A program made the position numbers and the translations under genes. From the NCBI GenBank assembly GCA_030141605.1, contig JAQGDQ010000005.1, positions 1,612,180 through 1,676,179 on the forward strand: a DNA stretch of 64,000 bases, in the 5' to 3' direction. Source of the stretch: Tubiluchus corallicola (lineage: Eukaryota; Animalia; Priapulida). The notes under the pieces were generated by a model. It saw nothing but the letters and a program-made list of their open reading frames with translations. It was not told the origin of the DNA and made no database searches. Below are positions 39,216-51,400 of the stretch, one piece after another; positions within the stretch are counted from its first letter, which is position 1, and the number at the start of each line of letters is the position of its first letter.

Positions 39216-39420
39216 ATGGGTAAAGATACTTAGAGGACATTAATGTTATTGGAGTTCTTATTCGACTTGAAGCTGGTTAATAAGGACTTAAAACTTTACG
39301 TGTGTTAACTGTCGTTGTATCCTATGCCTAGTTATTAACTTATAGAGTTAACTAAGTTAACTATAGTATTATTGTCATAATTGAAAATAAAAATAAGATA
39401 CAAATTTGTTTTAAAAATTA

Positions 39421-39470
<50 letters not shown>

Positions 39471-42400
39471 TACATATATATATATTCTGTGAGTCTTTTG
39501 CTAGTCCATGTAATACCTGGTACATTTTTGTATGTTGGCCTGTTGATCTTTGTGTTAAATTTTGGCTTTGGCAGATATCTGGTTCCAGCTGAGTGCACTC
39601 TAGTTTTATTAAAAATAACAATTATATGCAATTTTTTCCTTCTTTTCCGTTTGTGCAGTATGCTGGGCACTGGCGCCCAAATGGCCTGTCCCCAACTTTT
39701 GTCATATGTTTATATATATTATTACAACATACTAATTATGAAGCCCTCTCAGGCGGAGTCACCCTCTAACTCTCCCGCACCCATCCTGAATATTTTTACT
39801 CGTATTATATTTTAGCCACATTTGCGTAGTTTGCAGCAAACTTACTGCAACTTCTTTAAATAAACTAGAAAAAGTAGAATGGTTATTTTTGTTTCTCAGT
39901 AAAAAATCTATTTAAGAAATACTATTTTACTGTTTATTGCGGACCAAATTAGCACAGATTTCAACACAACCGCAATGAAGAAACTGATTTTTACCAAATG
40001 TTACCAAAGCTTGACATCCCTCCAAGCTTGAGCTTCAGCCTATATTAGCCTACAGGATAATCCAGCCCTGGCTATCATATTTTAATAAAACATTGGTTTA
40101 AACCTTGTGGTGTCTTCTGCTTCATTTTTTTATAAACTACACGTAATACTAAAAGTGAAAAACCAGAATCATTTAAGATTCAAAGTCATTTAACTGTTTT
40201 AAATTGGCTGTTAATTAGAATATGGGAGCCTTACTGTTTCCACTGTTTTCTTTAATTTACTGAATAAGCTTGTGCACTTTGGCTATCACACTTCTGCTCT
40301 ACTGATTTAGCATTTCAACATAGAGAATCATCCTTATAACAATATGCTAGATTCCTTTCCCACATTTAAATGTTTTTGGTCCATTGTTTGAGTAATAAGT
40401 CTTAACAATAGCACGTTAACAAAAATAACATTATTATATATGTATCTTTTTTGGATATCTAGTGACCTGCTTTCAAAGCACTAATCGTAATTGCAGTTTT
40501 ACAATAAGCCAGCAGCTAAATAAAAAGTTGCTATGTGTATTGGGTATATGTTACGTTGTTATAATTTTTCTGCCTACAGCGAATTACAGTCACGCCGGTT
40601 TTCTATATTGAGAAGGTCATGCATTTACAATGGAATATGCCATGTACAATAATAAAATTATGGTCTGTGGTTTAAGACCCTGCCTAGCATACAATATACA
40701 TATAACTTTTATTTGAAAAAAAACAGTTCTTCTTCGGTACTTTAAAAAACAATGGCACAGGTGCATCACTAGGAGAATTCTTACAATGCAATGGTTATCG
40801 TGTCCAAAGCATATTATCAGGAAGCCTATAATTAATTATAATTATGTTTATGATCATAAGCTGCTGTTCATTATATTATTTGTATCTGTTTTACAGGTGT
40901 TTTATTATCAAACACTGCATTTGAATGTTGCATGGCCAGACGACGTAAGGAAAGTGACGCTCTTCTAGCAGAGAAAGATGATGCCTCCAAAGGCAGAAGT
41001 GAATTTTCTGAACTATTGTTAAACTATCAAATACCGTTGGGACGAGACCATAGAGGAGTTTACTGTCTTCAATTCAGTTTTGATGGGAAACATTTGGCTG
41101 TAGGATATGGCTCGGGTTTTGTCGAAGTAAGTTAGAGCTGATTACACTTTACCAGACCTACACTGCATGCGTAGTTGGCAGCTTAGGTGATTGTAAAATT
41201 ACATACCTCATAAGTTAAAATTATTCCTGCAACATTATAAAGTTTTGTAAGATAAAGGAAATAGTCAACTTGCTCACCTGAGATTATTTTGAAGTAATTA
41301 CGGTAATTTGCAGTATTAAACTAATAAGCATTTTAATTAATAAACTGTGTAGTAGAAGGATAGACTCTTGAGAGACATGAAAAGTTACTACAGTATGCCT
41401 ATCGTTAATATGTGGCATGACTTTATTGTCATAAATGTGCAACATTTTTAAAGTTTTAGCTTTAGGTGTGTCATAATTTAATGAATGTGGCAGTGCCACA
41501 AGACGTAACTATGAATCTGCATGTTCTGCGTTTGCAGAGGCCTTGTGGGTTAGGAGTACCCATGGTCATGAAAAATAGCCCTCAAAGTAATGTTTTTAAA
41601 ATTATGTTTGCTGGGTTCTTGCCAGCATGAAATTACTAAGGAAAAAATTAAAGGCATGTTGTGATCAATGCATAATCGCATTGATTTTGAAAATTGCAGT
41701 GCATCCGTAGGCCACATTAATGTTAGTTTTGAATGATTGGGATCACTTTACATTGGGGATCTCAAAAGTATACTTACTTTACTGAAGTGTGTCACCACAT
41801 TTACCGTAAAATCTTGTTATTGTTTATTCTAGAATCAAATGAGCTAAAAGTTGATGCATTACCAAAAGCTTTGCATGCTGGTTTGTAAGACATGTGACAT
41901 TGTCTCTGGCACGGACTGCCATATATGACCATTCTATCAGCACTCTGCATACATCGATGTCATAAACTTTCTTTAACTTTGATACACTACCAAGAATTCT
42001 TTTGTTAGTTTTTGTTAATCAATGATAGTTAAAATTTTTTGACATCAAATTCAGAAGTTATTTTGTTTTCAACAGGTTTATGAGTCACACACAGGCACAC
42101 TTTTATTTACATTTAAGAAGCCCATGTATGTGAACTATCCTGTCATGTGCCTTAGATACAATCCATGCACAGATGACCATACCATCTATGCTGCAAATGC
42201 CAAGGGGCTTGTACTAGCATGCAGCTTGGAAAATGAGAGTATGAAGGAAATATTAGCAGGTACAAGCAAATGAACATATTTTTTTTAATCGGAACGCTTA
42301 TTTGCATTTACTGTTGCAAAAATAACTTTCTGATGCATTATTATTAATTTGATTATTCAAACTTTTCAGTATGGTTTCAGCTTTATTCATTTTTAAGCGC

Positions 42401-45400
42401 AAAAGCTCGGTAACAGCAGCTATCACAGAATACCAAGGCATGCATTTCACACTAATCTGCATGTCTAGTAGTCGAAAAGCTACTATAGGTTGCAATTTCA
42501 CATCACTAGACAAACTGTTTTGATGTGATGTTTTCGGAAAATAAATTTAACTAATGAAAGCCTTATAAAAGAATTTCGCATATAATTAGAAAGAAACTGA
42601 AATAATCATTGCTATAGCCACAATATCCTTGGCACTTTGGAAGCATTTTATTTATACAGAGTCACGTTGTGACGCCATGTCTATAGGTTACGTACTCTGA
42701 GTCTCAATGTCTTGAAAAGCAGGCACGACCGCCCTATAAACGAGGTGTAACACGTGGTTCTGGGGTTCTATAGTGTTAGATAATTTACTATTAGAATCCT
42801 GGAGTCGGGCTAAGGCATTGTTGTTTCATACGGGGGCACGCGGAACCCGAGCCTAGGAGTCTTAATTAGCTAGTAATATTCGATGGTAGATAGAATACCA
42901 AACCAACTATTAAGCTGTATATAACAAAATTTAATTGATTACTACTTTAACCCGGAGAAAAGAAATAGTTAACAATAACAATTAATCACAGTACAGCAAA
43001 TATATTCTCTAGACTAATAATAGAGAAGGGAGGTGTTAGTGGGGGTAGCACGTGCAAATGATGACGCACTCTCGATGACGGCAATCCAACGATGACCATA
43101 TAGAAACGGAATTATGCTAGCTAGCAAACGTTGAGCAAAAGTACAAAAGTCTTGTCTTACCAGACACTCCATGAACATTGTGTGAAACGGCAGCTGCTAA
43201 CCTGTGGGGTAACATCCATGGATTTACCACTATGGTTTGCTCCACCAACAATGGACTGTCCACCATAAACTTTAGCGCAGGTTTTCACGACTCCTCGGAT
43301 AATGACGGTAACGGTAGCCACCTCATCAAACCAAAACAACGTACTCAACATAGACCCGTTAGCACTGTAAGCAATGGCTGTTGACAAAAGAAATAGTGAC
43401 GTCTACTGCACTATAACACCGACGATGCTAATCGACATTTTTGACTGTCTTTTCACAGACATGTGAAAATCAGACGATGGTCATTTTACGTGACCTAGGC
43501 CTTTCAACAACGGCCGACTGACTGCCTGGTTGCACGTCTCAGACTATAGCTGTAACGTATGTATCATGTACACTTCATACCTGTACGGGTTTCACACATT
43601 TGAAATAAGCCGCGAGTATTGCAGGTATTGCAGAACACAACCACATGACGAGGGGGGTGTTAGTAGGACTCCTACACTACTACACTAATTACGCTAACAA
43701 TACAGTACTACTATAGTGACTAATTTAATGTAAGCAAATTACACTAGCAAGTGCTACCGCTATCACTATAAAGAACTTGACTGTGAAATGAAAAGGTGAC
43801 AAACAAGTAAACAAAAATATCGTAAATAATAGATGGTTTGTCACAGATCCCCCCACAACGGAAAAAGTGTGGACGAATGTTTAAAGAACAGAATCCCACT
43901 TTTAAAATTATTGAACAGTCAATTTTAATTACCAACCATTACAATGGTGAAAATTAGCAAGTAACGACTGTTACTAACTGAATACAAAGTTTCACTAAAT
44001 AATACAGTCACACAAAAATGGCATATCAAAGCCTAAATGGATCTTCAACACACTTGTAAAAGATCATTTTACACAAACTAAAGCACACTGGATATTTGAT
44101 TTAAAATAATGAAAAGAATACAACATTTGAAGAATACTATCATTCACATTCAAAGATGTTGTCACACATGATTGCATAAAATAAAATGCTTTAAACAACA
44201 AGGTCATTTAGGAAGAAATCACATTCCTATCTTATTTTCATCTAAGGCAACTTGAACTTAGTGCCTACTCAGTGCGTCTGCACAATAATTTGTTTTTCCT
44301 TTGATATGCACTACAGTGAAAGTGTATTCTTGTAGCAGTAAATTCCATCTGGCTATTCGCCTATTGGCATTTTTCATCTGCTTTAAGTAAGCTAATGATT
44401 GTGCATCTGTGCGAATCACAAACTGCCTACCTACAAGATAGTACGACGATTTCTCAATAGAGAAAATTATAGCCAAAAGTTCTTTTTCTACTGTTGAGTA
44501 GTTACATTCATATTTGGTTAGCTTCCTACTCAAATAAGTGATTGGAACCTCTTGTCTATCATCAGACATTTGTGTAAGTTGGCCGCCTATTCCTGTTGCA
44601 CTAGCATCAGTTGTCAAGAAAAAAGTCTTATCAAAATTTGGTGCATGTAACACTGTATTTGAGTTTAATGCATCTTTGAGTGTAGTAAAGCTCCGCTCAC
44701 ACTCTGCATTCCATAGTACAATGTTTGGTTTATCTTTTTCTGTCAAAGCATGTAATGGTGTTGCTATTGCAGAGAAATTAGGAATAAAACGCCTATAGAA
44801 ACCTACGAAACCCAAAAATGACCTGACCTGTTTCTTAGTTTCTGGCCTTTTATAGTTCTGAATAGCGAGGATTTTCTCTGGCTGAGGTTTCAAAAGATTT
44901 CTGCCAACAACATAGCCTAAGAAATGAGTTTCTTGGAGTGCGAAATTACACTTGAGTGGTTTGATTGTCAAACCTGCATTAGACAGACAAGTAAGAACTA
45001 GCTCGATATGATAGAGATGATCTTGCCAAGAACGACTGAAAATGATAACATCGTCTATGTAACCAGAAGCAAAACCAATTACGGGTTCTAAAACACGATT
45101 TACCAGACATTGAGCTGTTGCTGCAGAATTACACAACCCAAAGGGCATAACTTGAAACTCATGTTTACCAAACTCTGTTACAAATGCCGTGATTGGCCTA
45201 GAATTTTCCTCAAGATTAACCTGCCAGTAATATTTTGTCATGTCCAAGCAAGTAATGAACATTGCTCCATGCAATTGATCAACTGTTTCATCCATCCTGG
45301 GGATAGGATAAGGATCAAAAACTGTAATTGAATTAATTTTCCTAAAATCAATACAAAATCGAATCGATTGATCACGTTTGATCACAATGACTGCAGGACT

Positions 45401-48400
45401 TAAAAAAGGACTATCTGACTTGACTATTACACCCAGCCTTTCCATGTCCATGATTTCTTGCCTCACACTTTCCTTTTGCGCCTGAGGAATTCTGTATGGC
45501 TTCTGCACAACAGGATTGTCAGTAGTTAACTGTATTTTATGTTCTACGACGTTTGTCCTATCAGGAATGTCAGAAAAGGTTGGTGTAAACTTCTCCAGAG
45601 TAGTTCGTAATTCATTCTTCTGCTTATCTGTTAAGTAATCAGGGATTACTACATCTTCCACAGTTTGTGCAGGTGTAATAGAGGTAGGTGCAAAACAGTG
45701 GTCTTCCATTTGTGACCGTTGCATTGGTGACACACTTTCATGCTCAGGATCTAATTCCAATTCATCTTGACCAGTAAATACGTCAAGTGTGGGAATTGTT
45801 TGCGTATAAAGGGCTTTTCTTTCTTCACGCGGTATCCAAGCTTTGAGCAAATTAATATGGAATTGCTTGACCTGTCTGCTTTTACCTCCAATGATAACGG
45901 AGTACACATGTTCTGAGATTTTATCAGCAATCTCATACGGGCCTTTCCAGGTTCGTTCCATCTTTTTACGAGATGTAGGCAATAAGACTAATACCTTCTG
46001 TCCTACTTCAAGATTTCGGTACCTAGCTTTCTGGTTATACCAGTCTTTTTGTCCGATTTTAGCTTTTCTCAAAGCTTCGTGTGCCTCCTGAGTTACCGTT
46101 TCTAATTCATCAATGATATTGGCAACATAATCATCAATGTCTTGGGGACTAGTAGGTTGGTCACAACCCCAACGTTTCCGAAGAAGAGCCATTGGACCAG
46201 TTACTTGGTGTCCATAAACCAACTCAAATGGGCTGTACCGCAGGGATTCTTGTGGTACCTCACGGTAAGCAAACAAAACAAATGGGATCAGATCATCCCA
46301 TTCCATGGTTTTGTCACTCAGGGTAAGCTTTTTAATGGATCTTTTTAGACTTCCATTGAATCGCTCACATAAGCCTTGAGATTGAGGATTATATGGAGTA
46401 GATGTAATCCCTTTGATGTGGAAAGCTTGTTCTAGTTGCCTTATGAGATTAGAACAAAATTGGGTGCCTTGGTCTGACTGGATTGACTCTGGGCATCCAT
46501 GTCTACTAATAAATTGGAGTAAGCACTTGGCTATAGTCTCTGACTCAGTATTTTTGATAGGGAAAGCATCAGGGTATCTGGTACCTTGATCCACAATTAC
46601 CAGTGCCCACTTATTGCCACTCTTGGTTCTAGCCAGTGGACCAATAAGGTCAATTTGGAGGGACTGAAAAGCTTTTTCCACTACTGGAAGAGGTTTGAGC
46701 TTGGCTCTGTCTCCTTTCATGACTCTTGCTGTCTTTTGACATATTGGGCAGAATTGTATATACTTTTTAATGGCAGTGTGTATTCCTGGCCAAGTATATT
46801 CGAACAATATCCTATCCCTTGTTTTCTTGACACCTAGATGCGCTCCAGCCTTTGAATCATGGGCTAGTTGTAGGACTTGCTGCTTCCTACACTGAGGAAC
46901 AACAAGCAACTGATCAACTGTTTTTCCCATTTTTCGTTTATTAGCCCGATAAAGTATGCCTTGCTTTAGAAAATATCCTTTGCCATCTTGCACCGCAGTG
47001 TCTTCACTCACCACATGATCAAAAAGATTTTTTATGGTTACATCATTTTGCTGTTCTTCTATCAGCTGGTGTCGAGACACTATGGCAAACATGTAGTTTT
47101 CCTCTGGTGATGCATACTGCTTAATTTCGGAAGAAAATTCAGTTTCTGACTTTACACTACTGGTTTCTTTGTTTAGTTGCTCTCTAAGCTCAACTGTTTG
47201 CGCTCGTGTCATAACCAATGACTTTTCTTTCTGATTTCTTTGAAAACTGTTATTTAGTGCTCGACTTTTATAATCAGTCAAGGCATTACTACTTGGTTTC
47301 TGTACATCTTTGCCAAATTTAACAAAAGAAGGTACATGAGAAGTCTCATCCATACTACTAACATTCATATGATGTTTCTCAGGAGCAACTTGTGCAGGTT
47401 GAGAAGTACTCTTTACATAATCAAATGGTTGTATGGATGTCAGGTAATTATTACCTAAACAAAAGTCGCAAGGGAGTCCTTTAATAACTGCTACCAGGAG
47501 CCAACCATTCAGTTTGTGACTACAAACAGGGACCCTAGCTAGAGGAATTCGACGAAGGTCGCCATGACAACAGCGGATTCCAACAGTTTCTCCAAGATAC
47601 TGTTCATTTTTTACAAATTCAGGACGTATAAGGCTATCGTCTGAGCCAGTATCCCGTAAGCCTACTGCTATTCGACTGTTGATCATAACCTCAAACTCGT
47701 GATTTTCTTGTAATGCTCCATCTTGAGTATTTGAAAGTGTGAAATTTGGAGTAATGGTTCCCTCACTTTCGTTTTCACTATAGCATTGTTTCTTGAAATC
47801 ACCTCTAGGTTTTTGCTTCTTGTTTGAGTCATTTTGAAAAGCTTGTGTGGACTCTTGCTTTTTCACTGGGCAGTCGAGCTTCACATGCCCTGTTTTCCCA
47901 CAATGGTAACATTTAGGGCGAGCATTGCCCTGTGATTCATGATCCGAATCATTGTTTTTAGCATTGCCACGTGTCCTTTTAGATGATTCATTTTTCTGCA
48001 AAACTGCTGCATCATTAAATGAGCTCCAATAGTTGTCTGCTTGCTCCGCTATTTGTAAGTATGACATGTGAGGTAGCCTACGAAGATAAGAAACCATGTC
48101 TTCTGGGAGCTTAGACAATGCTTGTTCAAGAAAGAAGAGATCTCCAATTTGCTCTTTGGATTCTGCATTCGCTGCTTTAAGCCATTGCATGCCCGCTTTA
48201 CGCACTCTGTTAAAGTAACTTCTGTGCGTTTCCTTTTTCAGTTTAAATATGTTTCTGAATGCCGTGCGATATGCATCCTTCGACAATTTGTATGCATTCA
48301 AAATTTGCACCTTAACAACATCATAATTGAATATTTGAGACTGATTAACATCTTGCAAAGCTAAGGCAGCACGACCCGACAGAACTCTAGCCAAGTTAGG

Positions 48401-51400
48401 AACATACTGCGAAATTGGGACTTTGTTGACTCGCATACAGATTTCGAATTGATCTAAAAACGACAAAATGTCTTCTGTTTTTTCATCAAAATTTCTGAAT
48501 TTGATTATTGTGCTTTTGTCTTGTGTAGCATTTACTGTTGTTTGCAAATTGTTTACTACATTAGACGTCGTCTGCATTTGTAACTTCAGTTTTTCCAGCT
48601 CAATTTTTTGTGTTTCTAAAATCAGCTGTTGGTGTTTAATTTTTAGTTCCTGTTCTGATAATTTAATATCAGGCTGCGCATGCGCATGCATAGGCATTTG
48701 AACAGGTTCTTGAACTGCAAATGGATCAAATCCAGGCAAAGTAGGGGGTGCAGTTGATACAGTAGGTGAGCTAAAAGCCTTAAATTCTTTATTTGGGGCC
48801 GCTTTAGGAGTAGAACTTGCAACATCAGCCCTATCAAATTCTATTTGATCTGCAACACCTGTCGCTGCATTTGCTGGCTTTGCTGAATTTAATAATGATT
48901 GCATATTTGACAGAGCAAAATCAAGTGGATCTGAAATCGAAATCTGTTGTGTTTCAAGAATTAATTGCACAATGTTTTCTTTTCTGGCTTTTGGGTCTAT
49001 AACCAAACCCATGTCACCTGCTATGTCAAATAATTCACCTTTGATCATTTTACGCAACTCTTCAGCTGTAAAAAGTTTACTAGCCATGCTGACGTAAATA
49101 TTGCGTAATCAAAGGACCAAATATTCAAAGAAATGACTTCAAAGTTGTCAAAGTTATGTGCAAAAACTAACAGCACTGTTCAGTTAACAACTAGACCAGT
49201 AAAAAATGGGCATTAATGCTTATAAAGAGCAAATCAAAACTTCAATAAGTCAAGAAGTGAACACACGCCACCAGGTAAATGTTACAACCATGCAAAGTGA
49301 ATATCAACAATTTCTGTGCAACATTATAATCACTATACTACAGGCTGATTTACTAATCTTTTCTGGGTCAAATTATTATTGCCAGCCAGTGAATAAAACT
49401 ATCTATGCTTGCTGGCCGTAAGGCTATGTGCAAAACAAGTTCTATTACCACTACCCTGGCTTCCCTACACGTATGTAAAGCTAGCACAAAATGTTTGCAT
49501 CGGAATATAATTTCCGCAATAGGTTCAAGAAAACTACTTGTTTAAAATGCCTCTCCCTAATTTAAAGGCTTATACAAGGCACAGAGTAAAAAGCAGTTAT
49601 ATAAGACCATAAGCTGCCACCACTTGTGACGCCATGTCTATAGGTTACGTACTCTGAGTCTCAATGTCTTGAAAAGCAGGCACGACCGCCCTATAAACGA
49701 GGTGTAACACGTGGTTCTGGGGTTCTATAGTGTTAGATAATTTACTATTAGAATCCTGGAGTCGGGCTAAGGCATTGTTGTTTCATACGGGGGCACGCGG
49801 AACCCGAGCCTAGGAGTCTTAATTAGCTAGTAATATTCGATGGTAGATAGAATACCAAACCAACTATTAAGCTGTATATAACAAAATTTAATTGATTACT
49901 ACTTTAACCCGGAGAAAAGAAATAGTTAACAATAACAATTAATCACAGTACAGCAAATATATTCTCTAGACTAATAATAGAGAAGGGAGGTGTTAGTGGG
50001 GGTAGCACGTGCAAATGATGACGCACTCTCGATGACGGCAATCCAACGATGACCATATAGAAACGGAATTATGCTAGCTAGCAAACGCTGAGCAAAAGTA
50101 CAAAAGTCTTGTCTTACCAGACACTCCATGAACATTGTGTGAAACGGCAGCTGCTAACCTGTGGGGTAACATCCATGGATTTACCACTATGGTTTGCTCC
50201 ACCAACAATGGACTGTCCACCATAAACTTTAGCGCAGGTTTTCACGACTCCTCGGATAATGACGGTAACGGTAGCCACCTCATCAAACCAAAACAACGTA
50301 CTCAACATAGACCCGTTAGCACTGTAAGCAATGGCTGTTGACAAAAGAAATAGTGACGTCTACTGCACTATAACACCGACGATGCTAATCGACATTTTTG
50401 ACTGTCTTTTCACAGACATGTGAAAATCAGACGATGGTCATTTTACGTGACCTAGGCCTTTCAACAACGGCCGACTGACTGCCTGGTTGCACGTCTCAGA
50501 CTATAGCTGTAACGTATGTATCATGTACACTTCATACCTGTACGGGTTTCACACATTTGAAATAAGCCGCGAGTATTGCAGGTATTGCAGAACACAACCA
50601 CATGACGAGGGGGGTGTTAGTAGGACTCCTACACTACTACACTAATTACGCTAACAATACAGTACTACTATAGTGACTAATTTAATGTAAGCAAATTACA
50701 CTAGCAAGTGCTACCGCTATCACTATAAAGAACTTGACTGTGAAATGAAAAGGTGACAAACAAGTAAACAAAAATATCGTAAATAATAGATGGTTTGTCA
50801 CACACGTTTAGTGGCTATTTGTTAACGAAGGTAAAAAAGCTAACAGATATTGGTCTACACTCTGCAAGGTCTTCGTCTCATGTATTGTTTTGAGGGAAAC
50901 TGTACTGTTGTATGTGATAGAAGAGGAGATGATTGATAGATAATGAAATAGTATGTTGCAGAAGTAAAGTTCACTATTTTCCAGTGTTTTACTTTGTCTT
51001 GTTGAGCATAAGAGTTAGTCAACATTGCTTAATTACTACTAGTAGTACCATTCTGTTTCTGTTATTACACTGTTTAAATAAAGTCTGACATTCTCTTTAT
51101 TTTCTTTATTATTATTTTCAGTATTTCTTTTTTTCCTTTTATTAATTCATATATATATATATATATATATATATTTATTTATTTATTTCAAGAGTTGTAT
51201 TGTACAACGATTTTTTGGTCTTAAGATACAAGATTGCACCTAGCCAGAGAATGATCATAGCACAATTGTTATGTGTTTTATCTTAGCTTAAATTTTCTAA
51301 AGTGGAACTTAGAACTACACAGTCACCATTTAGATCAGTGAAAATCCAACTCACTAGTTCGATCTGCTTTTCAAAAATCTGTGTACTTCTCCCTTTTCCC

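Larger units (their letters stand above)
42668..50802 (-). mobile_element. Full-length Ty3/gypsy LTR retrotransposon, Gmr1-like (8135 bp)
   Basis: Two 1178-bp LTRs (TGTGAC...GTCACA), a 5-bp TSD CACGT (42663-42667, 50803-50807), PBS, PPT and a single intact gag-pol ORF. Confidence 0.97.

Noticed and set aside
39381-39815. 144-aa ORF and overlapping reverse ORFs
   Set aside because: Driven by the (TA)n microsatellite and AT-rich intron sequence; no protein-like features.
43157-43387. Duplicated 76-aa and 68-aa ORFs (also 50114-50344)
   Set aside because: Duplicated only because they lie in the LTRs; non-ATG starts and no recognisable domain.
44538-49002. Several + strand ORFs within the retrotransposon
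   Set aside because: Antisense shadows of the gag-pol ORF.
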